Positions 39,791 through 50,334 of a stretch of 64,000 nt of DNA are shown piece by piece. The notes beneath the pieces are model-generated. The model ran no database searches. It had not been told where the DNA came from and saw nothing but the letters and a program-made list of their open reading frames with translations. The stretch covers positions 1,280,001 through 1,344,000 of the forward strand of contig CAVOKF010000007.1 in the NCBI GenBank assembly GCA_963696385.1. Reading direction: 5' to 3'. Origin of the DNA: an uncultured delta proteobacterium (GTDB lineage: Bacteria > Myxococcota_A > Polyangia > Polyangiales > Polyangiaceae). Made by a program: the position numbers and the translations under genes. Each line of letters starts with the position of its first letter. Within the stretch, counting starts at the first letter, position 1.

Positions 39791-41554
39791 TTATTGCACC
39801 AGCCGGACGCCAAAGTTGACCGCCGGAAGAGCCACCTCCTCAAAGCCGGATTCCCTTTCGGAGATCGTCTGGACGGACGAATCATCGAGATCCACATCAA
39901 AATCAAGGCGCACCTGTTTCGGCGCGTGCTGGTCGTCGACTTGGAGGAGGGTCGCACGCATGCCGGGCACTTCGACGACGTCGCCGCTGTGCAGTTCATC
40001 GGTGTTTCGGAAGAGATCGAACGGACCGGTCGGAAAGAGCGGGTGGTCCCGTGAGGTGATCTCGAGAGTCCGAGGTCCTCTCCGAACGGCCGTCATCAAC
40101 CCGGCGCGGAAGGTCAGCACGCGCCAGTGAGCCGGCGCCCAATCCCGAAGCATGAATGGCATCCACAGGGTGGCCGGGGGCGAGTCGGCTCGGAGTACAA
40201 GCACGGTCGATTTGGTCCGATCGAGGTGCTCGCGTAACCAGGCCGTCCGCTTATCGAATCCGGTGACGGCTTCGATATACTGGCGGATCGCTCGGACCGT
40301 ATCGACCGGACCCCGAACGTAATGGGCTAGGCCAAGCGCGATCGCGACAACGACGGTGACATCGCGCCCCGCAGATCCCTTGTCGGTGCCCCGATGGGCT
40401 GCCCGATCGAGGAGGAGACCGACCAGCCCGCTGACGCCCACCATCGAAACGTCCAAGACGCGGATCGATGGCTCGGCTGCCAGCACCGGAAGAAGGGCAA
40501 GGACCGAGCCGGCAAGCATCCACGTAGCCTGCGATCGGGTGCGTTCGTCGAGACCTCGAAGCACGCGCCAAAGCGGAACGGCGAGCACGGCAATCGTTCC
40601 GAGCCCCAGCAGGATAGCGGCCGGCTGGGGCTGGGCCCCCCAATAGACGTCGTCGAAGCCGAACCAGGCGGCCGACACCAACACCGCGGCGCGCCGGGGT
40701 GCGCCGAGCGCGTACGATGCCATGTCATCGAGCGGACTTCGATAGAACCCAGATCCCCGAGTCCCGTAATGCAGCCCGATGAACGCGAAGATATACGCGG
40801 TCGCTGGAACCGCGAACGGCAAACCGCCTGTCAGGCGTCGGAGCACGGATTCTTTGCGACGCACGAGCTCCATCGCGAACACGTATCCCGCAAAGCAGAG
40901 CGCGTACTCGCCAGCGAGGACGGCCGCGCCGAACATCAAGCCGCTGAGAACGGCATCCGCTGGTCGCCGTCGATCCCGCCACCGCGCGTACAGGAGCAAG
41001 CCGGCGGTACCGAATGCCGTAGCGACGAGCACGTCGCGGTTGGCAACCCACAAGAGGGGTGGTGCTTGAGACGGAGCTACGGCGAACGCCGCTGCCCCCA
41101 AAAGGGCCGCACGGGGGTTCACGAGGGCGCGAAGCAACGCGTAGGTGGCGGCAACGGCGGCGGCCCACCAGAGCAGCGAATGCAGATGCGCCCCGAAGGA
41201 TCCGTAACCGAACGCGCGAATGTCCAGCCAGACCAAAGCGCTTGAAAGCGGACGGAGAAAGCGAAGGGTCAATGGAGGATTCGTCCACCAGGGAATCGCC
41301 CCGCAATCGAAGAGAAACGCGCGGTCGCCATCGTCGATAAAGTTATAGAGATCGAACGCGCTCCGTCTCGGCGAGACGTCCCCGTGCGCCATAGCCCGCT
41401 GCGCGTAGTCGTCCAGGATCAACGGCGCCCAAAGACCGGGCACGTGAATGAGCGCAGCGATCGCCAGGACGGCGCCGAAGACTCCCACGTGCCAGCGGCC
41501 GACATCCCGCACGATCGGCGTGCGCGCAGGGCCGAATGGTTGGGGGACACTCAT
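39791..41554 (-). CDS. Polytopic membrane protein, GT-C glycosyltransferase-like (paralog 2)
   Basis: PLILDDY after TM1, FLRPLSS, WVANRDVL, GEYALC; ~11 TM plus periplasmic C-domain. Confidence 0.7.
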   Translation of the reverse strand: MSVPQPFGPARTPIVRDVGRWHVGVFGAVLAIAALIHVPGLWAPLILDDYAQRAMAHGDVSPRRSAFDLYNFIDDGDRAFLFDCGAIPWWTNPPLTLRFLRPLSSALVWLDIRAFGYGSFGAHLHSLLWWAAAVAATYALLRALVNPRAALLGAAAFAVAPSQAPPLLWVANRDVLVATAFGTAGLLLYARWRDRRRPADAVLSGLMFGAAVLAGEYALCFAGYVFAMELVRRKESVLRRLTGGLPFAVPATAYIFAFIGLHYGTRGSGFYRSPLDDMASYALGAPRRAAVLVSAAWFGFDDVYWGAQPQPAAILLGLGTIAVLAVPLWRVLRGLDERTRSQATWMLAGSVLALLPVLAAEPSIRVLDVSMVGVSGLVGLLLDRAAHRGTDKGSAGRDVTVVVAIALGLAHYVRGPVDTVRAIRQYIEAVTGFDKRTAWLREHLDRTKSTVLVLRADSPPATLWMPFMLRDWAPAHWRVLTFRAGLMTAVRRGPRTLEITSRDHPLFPTGPFDLFRNTDELHSGDVVEVPGMRATLLQVDDQHAPKQVRLDFDVDLDDSSVQTISERESGFEEVALPAVNFGVRLVQ

Positions 41555-41635
41555 GTTCGGATCGGATGGCTGCCTTGAAATCCGTGTTGTCGTGGTCTCT
41601 CGATCGTCTGGCAAAGGCCAAGCGTTGGCCTCGGG

Positions 41636-43399
41636 TTATCGCAGCAAGCGCACTCCCTGGTTGACCGACGGCAGGCGCACTTCTCGAAAGCCGTTCTCGC
41701 CCTCGACGATCCACCAAAACGACGGGGCGTCCAGATCGCGATCGAATTCAAATCGAAGACGCCCGGGTTGGCCGCTGCCGTCCACAGAAACGACTGTAGT
41801 CCGCATTCCGGGCACCTCGAACGTTTCGCCCCCGCCCATGCCCGCCGCCCGCACCGGATCGCTTGGCCCCAAATAGACAAGTGGTTCGGCGCCGTCTTGA
41901 ACCACATCCAGCGAGCGCGAGCCGGAACGAACGGCAACGAGGCGCCCGAAGGCTTGTGTGAGCACCCGCCACCGCTCTGGAGCCGCGGAACGCAGCATGA
42001 ACGGCGCGGCCAAGGCGGTGGTTGGCGTCGTCCCGCGAAGAATGACGACCGTCGTCTTGGACGGGGACAAATTCTCTCGGATCCACGCGAGGCGCCGGCT
42101 GTATAGCGGTTCCTCTTCCGTGGCCCGCTTCGAGAACCAGTACGCTTGCGCGGGAACATGAATGAAATGGGCGTAGACCAACCCGAGCGCAGCGACCGCC
42201 GTGACGGCGGTCGAGGGCGCTCGTTCCCATGACCGCCACATCCCTTCGGTCATGTCGGTCCACGCTGCGTCGATCACGACGCCGATCAGCGCACAGACTC
42301 CAAGTGCGCCGACAGCGAGCAAGCGCGAGGACGGCTGCACGGCCGCGACGGGCAACAGGGCAAGAACAGAGCCTCCCAGCAGCCATAGCGTTGCGGAGCG
42401 CGATCGCACGTCCTGACGACGCATGGCGCTGCCTCGCGCGATGCCCATCGCGACCACGATCGCAGCCCCCACGAGCACGAGCTGCTCGAGCGATGCCGAT
42501 GCGGACCAGCGGTCCTCGATCCCAAACCAGGCCGCCCCGAGAAGGATCGCGAAAGCCCGTGGCGTGCCGGACATGTACGAGCCCAGGTCGGCCAGCGGGT
42601 CGTGATAGAAACCCGAGCCGTGGACGCCGTACCCGAGTGCGGCGCGAATGCTTAGATAGGCGAACAAGGGCAGCGCGAATACCGCCAGTCCGGACATGCG
42701 TCGTGCGACCGTGTCGCCTCGGCGCGCGAACTCGATCGCAGCGACGTAGCCGGTAAAGCAGAGGGCGTATTCGCCGGTCAGCATGGTAACGGACCATAGG
42801 CACGCGCTCATCGCACCGTCCCGCGTGCTCCTCGCGTGCCGCCATCGGACATATCGTGCGAGCGCAAAGCTTCCGACCGCGACAGAGACAAGGACATCCC
42901 GATTCGCGAGCCACCAAATCGGAACCGTGTGCGCCGGCGAGAGCGCAAAGACAAGCGTGCCGACAGCCGCCGCGCGCTCGCTCAGCACGCTGCGAAACAG
43001 CGTGCCTGCAGCCGCCACGGCGACGGCCCACCAAAAGAGCGACCGCAAATGCGGCGCAAATGAATGATATCCAGATAACTTGTAGTCGAGCCAGACGAGA
43101 AGACTGGGCAACGGCCGCAAAAATCGCGTCTTTAGAAGCGGATCGCTCCACCATGGCAGCGCGCCGCGGTCGAGCAGACTCGCCCGATTGTCGTCGGCGA
43201 CGAAGTCGAAAAGATCGAAGAGGTTGCGGCTGGGCGTTAGCCGCCCTTCGATCATGGCGCGTTGGTCAAAGTCATCCAACACGAGCGGCGCGCGGAGCGC
43301 CGGCCAGTGGGCCGCCGCGGCGACCAGCAGTACGACCACGAATAGCACACGCGTGCCCGCCCGCGGTTGCGTCCCGACCGCTCGCGCACGCTCTAGCAC
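41636..43399 (-). CDS. Polytopic membrane protein, GT-C glycosyltransferase-like (paralog 1)
   Basis: PLVLDDF, FLRPLPS, WLANRDVL, GEYALC; colinear with the downstream paralog. Confidence 0.7.
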   Translation of the reverse strand: MLERARAVGTQPRAGTRVLFVVVLLVAAAAHWPALRAPLVLDDFDQRAMIEGRLTPSRNLFDLFDFVADDNRASLLDRGALPWWSDPLLKTRFLRPLPSLLVWLDYKLSGYHSFAPHLRSLFWWAVAVAAAGTLFRSVLSERAAAVGTLVFALSPAHTVPIWWLANRDVLVSVAVGSFALARYVRWRHARSTRDGAMSACLWSVTMLTGEYALCFTGYVAAIEFARRGDTVARRMSGLAVFALPLFAYLSIRAALGYGVHGSGFYHDPLADLGSYMSGTPRAFAILLGAAWFGIEDRWSASASLEQLVLVGAAIVVAMGIARGSAMRRQDVRSRSATLWLLGGSVLALLPVAAVQPSSRLLAVGALGVCALIGVVIDAAWTDMTEGMWRSWERAPSTAVTAVAALGLVYAHFIHVPAQAYWFSKRATEEEPLYSRRLAWIRENLSPSKTTVVILRGTTPTTALAAPFMLRSAAPERWRVLTQAFGRLVAVRSGSRSLDVVQDGAEPLVYLGPSDPVRAAGMGGGETFEVPGMRTTVVSVDGSGQPGRLRFEFDRDLDAPSFWWIVEGENGFREVRLPSVNQGVRLLR

Positions 43400-43907
43400 T
43401 CGAGACGCATATCGGGCAGCTTTTGCCCGGTCAAGCCGCCAACCGTCGCAGGCAGGCCTTGGCGGTTTCCCGGGCGTCGACCTTGGCGGAGCAGTTCGTC
43501 GGGGAAGTTGTCGTGCAAGGCGATTGCGGCCGTCTGCTCGTTCTCGCCCGAAGGATCTACGGCTTCGCCACCTTCATAATGAGCCCAGTGCTCGAATAAT
43601 TCGTCCAGTACACGCTCGTATCATCGAGGACGATGTCGTACGGATTGGTCTGATCCGAGGCAAGAGTGACGGGATTGCCCCCGGCAATGGGGGCTGCAAG
43701 GACGGCGTTTTCGTTGAAGTCCGTCCATTAAATGTTGACCGAATCAACAGCGACGCCGTTGGCGTTGGCAATGGCCACAACCGTGGTTGGGCGCCCGCCG
43801 TCAAGAGGAGCCAGAGCGATCGTTCCCGCCCCGGTTTCACCAGTCGGATTGTAACCGAAGTACACTCCTGCGGAATTCACAGCAATTCGAGCGGGGTAGC
43901 TGCCGCT

Positions 43908-45383
43908 CATAGGTAGGATCTTTATTTCCCGAGTGATCTCGATCACTTACGTGCATAGTGCACGAATTGGATAGTCAAAGGCATCGGGGATTCTCTAGAC
44001 GCTGTTGTGAGACAACGCGAAAGGAGACCCCCGATGCACGGATCAAACAGTACACGCGCCGGAGTCGGCGTGTATGCGAAACGGCTTACGGAAGTACTCG
44101 GCGAGGAGCAGGTGACCGCGATCGCGAGACGTAGCGGCTGGCTACGGCGAGTGCGCAAGGTGATGCCGCTGGCGATGGTCGTGGCGGTGCTGTCGACGCT
44201 CGGGTCGGGCCACGCCAAGTGGTTGGCCGATATTCTGCGGACGTTCCGGAAATTCGCGGGCCTTTCGCTGCGATATAAGCCCTTTCACAACCGGCTCGCG
44301 CAAGCGTCCTTTCCAGAGATGTTTCGGATGCTGCTGGAAGCGACGGTACAGAAGATGAGCCAGCCGGTTCTGCACGCCGTGTCCCCCAAACTGTCGACCT
44401 TTCGGGACATCGTCATTCGCGACGGGACGTCGTTCGCGCTCAAGGACGACTTGAAAGGCACATGGCCGGGCCGCTTTACAAAAATCTCGCCTGCCGCCGT
44501 GGAACTGCACGTCACGATGAGTCTGCTCCAAGACGATGTGCGCATCGTCGCCCTGACGGCCGACAAGGAGACCGAGCGAACCTACCGTCCCGAGGCCGCG
44601 AGTCTTCGCGAGCGGCTCTTTCTGGCCGACCGAGGGTACGAGGAGCGAACATTCTTTTTCGACGTCGACCAAGCGGGCGGCGCCTTCATCGTCCGCGGAA
44701 CCAAAAACATTCGACCCACCATTCGGGCCGCTTTCGACAGCGCCGGCAAATCCATCCCCAAGTTGCTCGGCCAGAAGTTGAACTGGGACCTGCTTCCGGC
44801 CCAGACGGTCGATCTCGACATCGAATGGCAGGCGAATTCATTCGTGTATCGCGGGCGAATTGTGGCGATCTACAAGCGCGGCAAGCGCAACGCGAAGACG
44901 TTCGTGTACCTGCACAGCAACCTCGCTCGCAAGCGCTTCTCCGCCGCCGACGTGGCCGGCTTGTATCGCCTCCGCTGGCAGGTGGAACTCCTGTTCAAAG
45001 AGTTCAAATCCCACGCCAACCTTCATGCCTTCGATACGGGCAAGGCCGCTATCGCGAAAGCGATGATATGGGCGAGCTTGCTCGCAGCCCTTCTGAAACG
45101 CTCGCTCGCACACTTCGCGGAAGCGTCGCTGGGGGTGGAGCTTTCGACCCAGCGAGCCGCCGCGTCCGGCAAGCATTACTTCGACGATGTCCTCCGCGGC
45201 CTTCTCGACTCGCCGCGCCAACTACGTCGTGCCCTCGCCGAAACGCTCAAGTTCCTCGATTCCAACGCGCGCCGCGCTCATCCTGCTCGCGATCGAAAGC
45301 GCGGACGTCTCGCTATGGGCCTCGAGCCACTCGCACTTGTGTGGTAGCGAGCGCCATCCCGAATCCCTAAGTACCAACTTATG
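43908..45383 (+). mobile_element. IS4-family insertion sequence, complete copy (1476 bp)
   Basis: 10-bp target duplication AGCTGCCGCT at 43898-43907 and 45384-45393; imperfect IRs CATAGGTAGGATCTT / CATAAGTTGGTACTT. Confidence 0.95.
44034..45347 (+). CDS. IS4-family transposase
   Basis: DGTS, ADRGY, YRLRWQVELLFKEFKS (YREK signature); AAGGAG RBS. Confidence 0.96.
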   Translation: MHGSNSTRAGVGVYAKRLTEVLGEEQVTAIARRSGWLRRVRKVMPLAMVVAVLSTLGSGHAKWLADILRTFRKFAGLSLRYKPFHNRLAQASFPEMFRMLLEATVQKMSQPVLHAVSPKLSTFRDIVIRDGTSFALKDDLKGTWPGRFTKISPAAVELHVTMSLLQDDVRIVALTADKETERTYRPEAASLRERLFLADRGYEERTFFFDVDQAGGAFIVRGTKNIRPTIRAAFDSAGKSIPKLLGQKLNWDLLPAQTVDLDIEWQANSFVYRGRIVAIYKRGKRNAKTFVYLHSNLARKRFSAADVAGLYRLRWQVELLFKEFKSHANLHAFDTGKAAIAKAMIWASLLAALLKRSLAHFAEASLGVELSTQRAAASGKHYFDDVLRGLLDSPRQLRRALAETLKFLDSNARRAHPARDRKRGRLAMGLEPLALVW

Positions 45384-46519
45384 AGCTGCCGCTAAGCACC
45401 GTAGACGGAAGGAGGTTCACGGGGGTCCCAAGCGGCGAGAGCGAGCGCAAGGGCATTCGCCTGCCCGGAATAACGAAAAGCAGCCGCTCTGAATCCAGTA
45501 AAGACTGTTCGACCCGCTTGCGATGGCTTGGATGCATGCAATTCCGTTTGGGACCAGAACGGTCGGCGTCGCCGTCGGATTTCCCAGCGGTACCGTAAGC
45601 AACGGCTCGTTGTGATCCCCCGTGCTTTGATCGCAATTGACCCAGTAAATGTTCCGTCATGGCCAACGGACACGCATAAGGCGAACCGATGGGGACGGCC
45701 GGCGTATTGCCGTTCGGTTGCCAAACCAGGCTCCCGTCGGGCTTCGCGCCCCCAATGCCCGCGTTGATCCAGAATATTCCTTGTGTCGTGACAGCGATAC
45801 CGACAGGATCCAGCTGATTGTTTGCAATCAAGCTCCAGGAGGCCGGCGACGAACCCGTAATCGACGCCGACCTCACAGAGCCATTCGTGTCGATCTCGGA
45901 AATGTCCGCGCTCTCCGTTGTCGAGACGGCGCGCCGGCTGCTCAAGTGATGGCGAAGCGCGCTGCAACCCCTCCTGCCGGTGCGTCCGACGCGTGCCTCG
46001 CTTGAGCGCGGTTGGGGATGAGTGTTGATGGTTGGCGGCGGCGATCCATCGAGCACACAAACAGGCATCCGGCACCGCCGAGTCAATCGTGCGTCCCGGG
46101 TGGAATTCGTCGTCACTGTCTCGCGCCACGCCCTTCAGATCGTGCGGACTCCGACGGAGCCGACGGTCAAGATGAGCGCACCGGCGATGGGTCTCTCGTT
46201 CTTAGGGTCAATCATCGTTCGCAACAATTGTAGTCCTCAGGACGAGACCGCTCCACACGGGCGCGTGCAAGATTCGTCGCATCTTCGCTTGCCGTCATCG
46301 ACCTTGCCTAGCCGACGGGACGCCCTTCTTCCGTGCGACCGCTTCGACCTACGTCGTGGTCAGGCGGTCGATGCCCCGCCTGAACGCTTCCGCGAAGGCC
46401 TTCTCGTTCGAAGCCCGATCGGTCTTCGCAGCGATAAGCCTAAAGCTGCACCGGGCCCGGCTCGGGACCCCGACACCAGTGATTCGATGGAAGGGGACCC
46501 CGGGGGACGGCGGTGACAG

Positions 46520-47092
46520 TCAGAACTTGACGCCCACTTGCCCGTTCGCCATGAAGGCAGCCTGCGAGTTATCCAGGCCGGGCGTCAAGAAGATGTCGGC
46601 GTCGGCGCCGACGAACAACAGACCAAAGCCGAGCAGCGCGGTGACGCCCGGCTCGACGTATAGGTTGTGAATATCCTGGCTGCCACCGCCCGAGAGCGAC
46701 GTGTGAATCGTGTAACTGCCGATTTCGACCGTGGGTCGGAGCGTCAAGAGCGCGATCTTGAAGCTGTAGCCGCCCTCGACGCCGTAGAGCCAAGAGGATT
46801 CCGACTCTATTGAGATGGCGCCGGCGGGGGGTGGAGTCACCAGGCTGTTGTTCCCGCCCAGGTAGTACATCCCCGAAACGCCCGCATAGATGCCGAATAT
46901 CGAGACGCCCGCACGGCCCCCTGCGCCGAAACCGAGCGGGTTGAGACCGGGGCCCTTGATGGGGTCCGACGTGCCGCCCACTCTCGCAGCGGCCTCGATG
47001 TCGACCGGACCGAGCGCACGCGCCGGGCGCGAGAAAGCCACGGAGGAAACGAACGCACCAGCGACGAGAAGGAGATTCGTTGCTCTTTTCAT
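46520..47092 (-). CDS. Outer-membrane beta-barrel protein
   Basis: Signal peptide ending ARA; alternating strands (GVEGGYSF, LYVEPGVT); C-terminal VGVKF. Confidence 0.85.
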   Translation of the reverse strand: MKRATNLLLVAGAFVSSVAFSRPARALGPVDIEAAARVGGTSDPIKGPGLNPLGFGAGGRAGVSIFGIYAGVSGMYYLGGNNSLVTPPPAGAISIESESSWLYGVEGGYSFKIALLTLRPTVEIGSYTIHTSLSGGGSQDIHNLYVEPGVTALLGFGLLFVGADADIFLTPGLDNSQAAFMANGQVGVKF

Positions 47093-47209
47093 TAGCTTCA
47101 CAGTGTCGGCGGGTTCGACGGCGAGAACAAGAGAGTAAAGCGAACGTCTCGCGCTCGTGGGCCGCGATCTCCGCCTCTTGTTTGGAGCTTTGGCCGACTG
47201 TCCTCATCC

Positions 47210-47358
47210 GGCGGAAAAGCGCGGCCCCACACCTCGGCCTCCAGGTCCTTGACCTGCTGGCTGAGGGGCGGCTGCCCGATGCCGACGCGCGCCGCGGCGC
47301 GGGTGAAGTTCTTCTCCTCGGCGACGGCCAGGAAGTAGCGGACGTGGCGCAGCTCCAT
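47210..47358 (-). pseudogene. LysR-family regulator, HTH only
   Basis: [43 protein letters not shown], then loses similarity. Confidence 0.9.
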
Positions 47359-47360
47359 CT

Positions 47361-47383
47361 TTGGTATCTTCAAAAGATATCAA
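47361..47383. promoter_or_regulatory. Candidate LysR binding site
   Basis: Imperfect IR TTGGTATCTT-CAA-AAGATATCAA containing T-N11-A, next to the LysR start in a divergent intergenic region. Confidence 0.6.
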
Positions 47384-47516
47384 GAACGACTCTACCATAT
47401 ATTGGACTGCATGGCGCCGGGACCTCATGTTGAGGAGCAAGAGGGAAGCACCCCAGCAACGAACCTCGAGCGCTGAAACGCTCGGGCAAATCAACGAGAT
47501 GACAGGAGAAGAGATC

Positions 47517-47920
47517 ATGAGCATCACATTTGATCGCGTGCGCAACATCTTCAAGGGGCTCGAGAACGGTGACGGAGCTGCCTTTTTCGAACAGGTGGCC
47601 GACGACGGCGACTGGACCGTCATGGGCACCCACCCGCTTGCCGGTCACTACCCCAGCAAGAAGGCCTTCATCGCCGGAACCTTCGCCAAGCTGGGGCAGG
47701 TTCTTCCGCAGGGCGCGCAGCTGCACGTGGAGAACGTGATCGTCCAGGACGATCAGGCCGTCGTCGAGCTTCATTCCCTCGCGACCGCCAAGAACGGCAT
47801 GCGTTTCGACAACCGCTACTGCTGGGTGGTCGGTTTCCGGGATGCCGTGATCGATCGCGTCGCGCGTACCTCGACTCGGCCCTCGTCGCTCGATTGTTCG
47901 AAGAAAACCCCATCCGGTGA
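47517..47920 (+). pseudogene. SnoaL/NTF2-like protein, C-terminal frameshift
   Basis: WTVMGTHPLAGHY, GMRFDNRYCWV; the expected tail AYLDSALVARLFEENP lies in another frame. Confidence 0.85.
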
Positions 47921-47943
47921 TCGGTCGTTGAGAGGAGGGACCA

Positions 47944-48432
47944 ATGAATCACACTGATCGACGGATGTTTCCAAAAGAGAGCGGCGCCCTCGTCCTGTCG
48001 GCCGTCGCGGCAACAGCGCCTTTCGCCCGCCGCTCAACCGCAAAGCCCGACTACCCAAAGGACGCGAAGGGGCCTGGTGCAGTCATCTCGGGCCCCAGTC
48101 AGGCAGAGGGCATCGCGCGATTCGGCTCGCGCGCGCGGTACGAGGACGTGACGTCCGATCGGCGCGAGCAGCTGAAGGTTAGCGTGCTCGACTCGCTCGC
48201 GTGCGCAATCAACGCCCTCGGTGCCCCTCTGCTCGAGGCGTCCCGCGCGCAGGTCGACGAGTTCAGCGGTCCAGGCGGGCGGTGCACGTTGATCGGCGGC
48301 GGACGGTCGAACCCAATCGATGCGGCGCTCTACAACACCGCGCTCGTTCGCTACGTCGACTTCATGGACAGCTACCTCGCCGGAGGCGGTCTATGTCACC
48401 CGTCGGACAACATGGCGGCGATCCTCGCCTCC
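47944..48432 (+). pseudogene. MmgE/PrpD family protein, N-terminal fragment
   Basis: VLDSLACAI.A, AALYNTALVRYVDFMDSY..CHPSDN, then truncation. Confidence 0.85.
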
Positions 48433-48506
48433 AGGGCAAATCCGGCGCTTGTCATCGGGCGCAAGCGAAGTCGACAGGCGGATCGCAACACCTTAGCGTA
48501 CCACGC

Positions 48507-50126
48507 ATGCGAACCGGGTCGCTGGCGGGTAATCAGGAAAGAGGCACTGCGCGCGAGGACACGTCGATTGAGGTTCCCCAGGGTCAGCGCCTGATCGCGC
48601 CGATTCGAGCCGAGATCTTCGCAATCGTTTTCACGACCGGCGCGGTGGTCCTGTTGGTTGAAATCCTCGGGACGCGCATCGTCGGCCCCGTTTTTGGGGT
48701 CGACCTTTTCGTCTGGTCTGCGCTTTTGGCGGCGACGCTCGGTTCACTCGCCAGTGGCTACTACGCCGGCGGATCGTTGGTCGACCGCAGACCGACTCCA
48801 TGGCTCCTTGGCCTCGTGGTCATGACAGCCGGGGTGCTGCTCGGAATTTTGCGCCTGATTAGCCACGGGGTACTCCTCTTCTCCGACGGCTTTGGTCCGC
48901 GCGCAGGTCCGCTGCTCGCCGCAACGGTGCTATTCGCTCCATGTCTGATTGTTCTTGGAATGGTTGGGCCCATCGCGGTCCGCCTGCTGGCCGTGGACCT
49001 GCGGGCCGCCGGACATGGCGTCGGGGCGGTCTATGCCGTTTCCACGGCGGGCAGCCTCGCGGGAACGCTTGTAACCGCCTTCGCGATCATCCCGGCATTC
49101 GATACCGACCAAGTCGTCGTGGGAGCTGCGACGCTACTCACCCTTATGGGCGCGGCCTCGCTTGCGTTGCACGGGCGTCCTTCGGGGCTCGTGGCGGTCG
49201 CCGTGCCTCTTCTGCTGGCATGGGCCGCACCGGAATCGCGGCTTCCCGCCGGCTTTGAAAGGGTGGCTCGCTCTCAGAGCCTGTACGGGCTCGTCGAAGT
49301 CATCGATGACCATGCCCGCAACGTTCGCTTCCTCCGCAGCGATCACTCCGTTCTTGGCGCGCAGTTTGTCCGTGACGGTTCGCCAGGCTTCGCGTTTGTC
49401 TACGTGATGGAGGCCGTCCGATTCTTGAGGCCAGCCGCGAGGGACATGCTTCAGATTGGTCTGGGCATCGGCTCGTTGCCGTCGGCGCTGGAGGCGCGAG
49501 GAATTAAAGTCGACGTCGTCGAGATCGATCCTGCGGTCGTGCGCTTCGCAAGCCGCTACTTCGGGTTTGCCAGCAAAGGGAATGTCTACCAAGAGGACGC
49601 CCGGACATTTTTGCGTCGAACCGACCGCCACTACGATTTGATCGTGCACGATACGTTCACGGGCGGCACCACACCCGAGCACTTGCTGTCGCGAGAGGTC
49701 ATGCAACGCATCCACGATCTCCTGCGGCCTGGAGGCGTTATGGTGCTGAATTTTGTCGGGTACGAGGATGGCCCGAACGCCGAAGCCACTTGGGACGTGG
49801 CGCGAACCGTACGTAGCGCCTTCCGCTTCGTCCGCACCTTTCGCGACAGCGAACCCGACCTTCGCCCGCATGCGCTGGAGAACCTGGTGTTCTTCGCCTC
49901 CGACAATGACCTCGACTTGACCGTGCCGCGTACTGCGGTGTTCGAGAACGCCACGAGCGAACGCGTCACGCGCTCGCTGCCTGCCTGGGAGGTGCTCAAA
50001 GTAATACCGGACGGCCCGTTGGTCACCGACGGCCACAATCCACTGGCACGTCTCCAGCTACCCGTCGCAGAGGAGCACTTTGCGGCAATGAATGTGCTCT
50101 TGCCTGTTGGGGTATGGATCGAGTGA
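48507..50126 (+). CDS. Fused MFS-like/spermidine synthase family protein
   Basis: 7 N-terminal TMs (VEILGTRI..P.FG, YAVSTAGSLAG); QIGLGIG, VEIDPAV, EDARTFL, YDLIVHDTF, TDGHNP; start uncertain. Confidence 0.9.
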   Translation: MRTGSLAGNQERGTAREDTSIEVPQGQRLIAPIRAEIFAIVFTTGAVVLLVEILGTRIVGPVFGVDLFVWSALLAATLGSLASGYYAGGSLVDRRPTPWLLGLVVMTAGVLLGILRLISHGVLLFSDGFGPRAGPLLAATVLFAPCLIVLGMVGPIAVRLLAVDLRAAGHGVGAVYAVSTAGSLAGTLVTAFAIIPAFDTDQVVVGAATLLTLMGAASLALHGRPSGLVAVAVPLLLAWAAPESRLPAGFERVARSQSLYGLVEVIDDHARNVRFLRSDHSVLGAQFVRDGSPGFAFVYVMEAVRFLRPAARDMLQIGLGIGSLPSALEARGIKVDVVEIDPAVVRFASRYFGFASKGNVYQEDARTFLRRTDRHYDLIVHDTFTGGTTPEHLLSREVMQRIHDLLRPGGVMVLNFVGYEDGPNAEATWDVARTVRSAFRFVRTFRDSEPDLRPHALENLVFFASDNDLDLTVPRTAVFENATSERVTRSLPAWEVLKVIPDGPLVTDGHNPLARLQLPVAEEHFAAMNVLLPVGVWIE

Positions 50127-50334
50127 CGGCGGGGCCTCGACGCGAGTTCGGCTTATCGGATTACGATGACGTTCCGCTTCCTCGCGCCCGACATTTCGTC
50201 TCGCGTTGTTCGAATCTTGTCGACGCTTCACTCGCGAGGTACTCGACTGAGCGACGATGAAAACGCACGACTTCGCGCTCGTGGGCGTTGTCGGGCGCCA
50301 TCGCTCTGCTTCTCGGACTCGTTCAACGGTGACC

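Larger units (their letters stand above)
43557..46100 (-). pseudogene. YWT-type beta-propeller surface protein, interrupted by IS4 and decayed
   Basis: GIAVTTQGIFWIN, NSLYWIQ, IAVNSAGVYF, VAVDSVNI*WTD, IVLDDTSVYWTN..IMKVAKP; rejoins as STVLSGSYPARIAV without the IS; 5' limit approximate. Confidence 0.75.

Noticed and set aside
48201..48506. N-terminal part of the 641-aa spermidine-synthase ORF
   Set aside because: Alternative frame of the PrpD fragment
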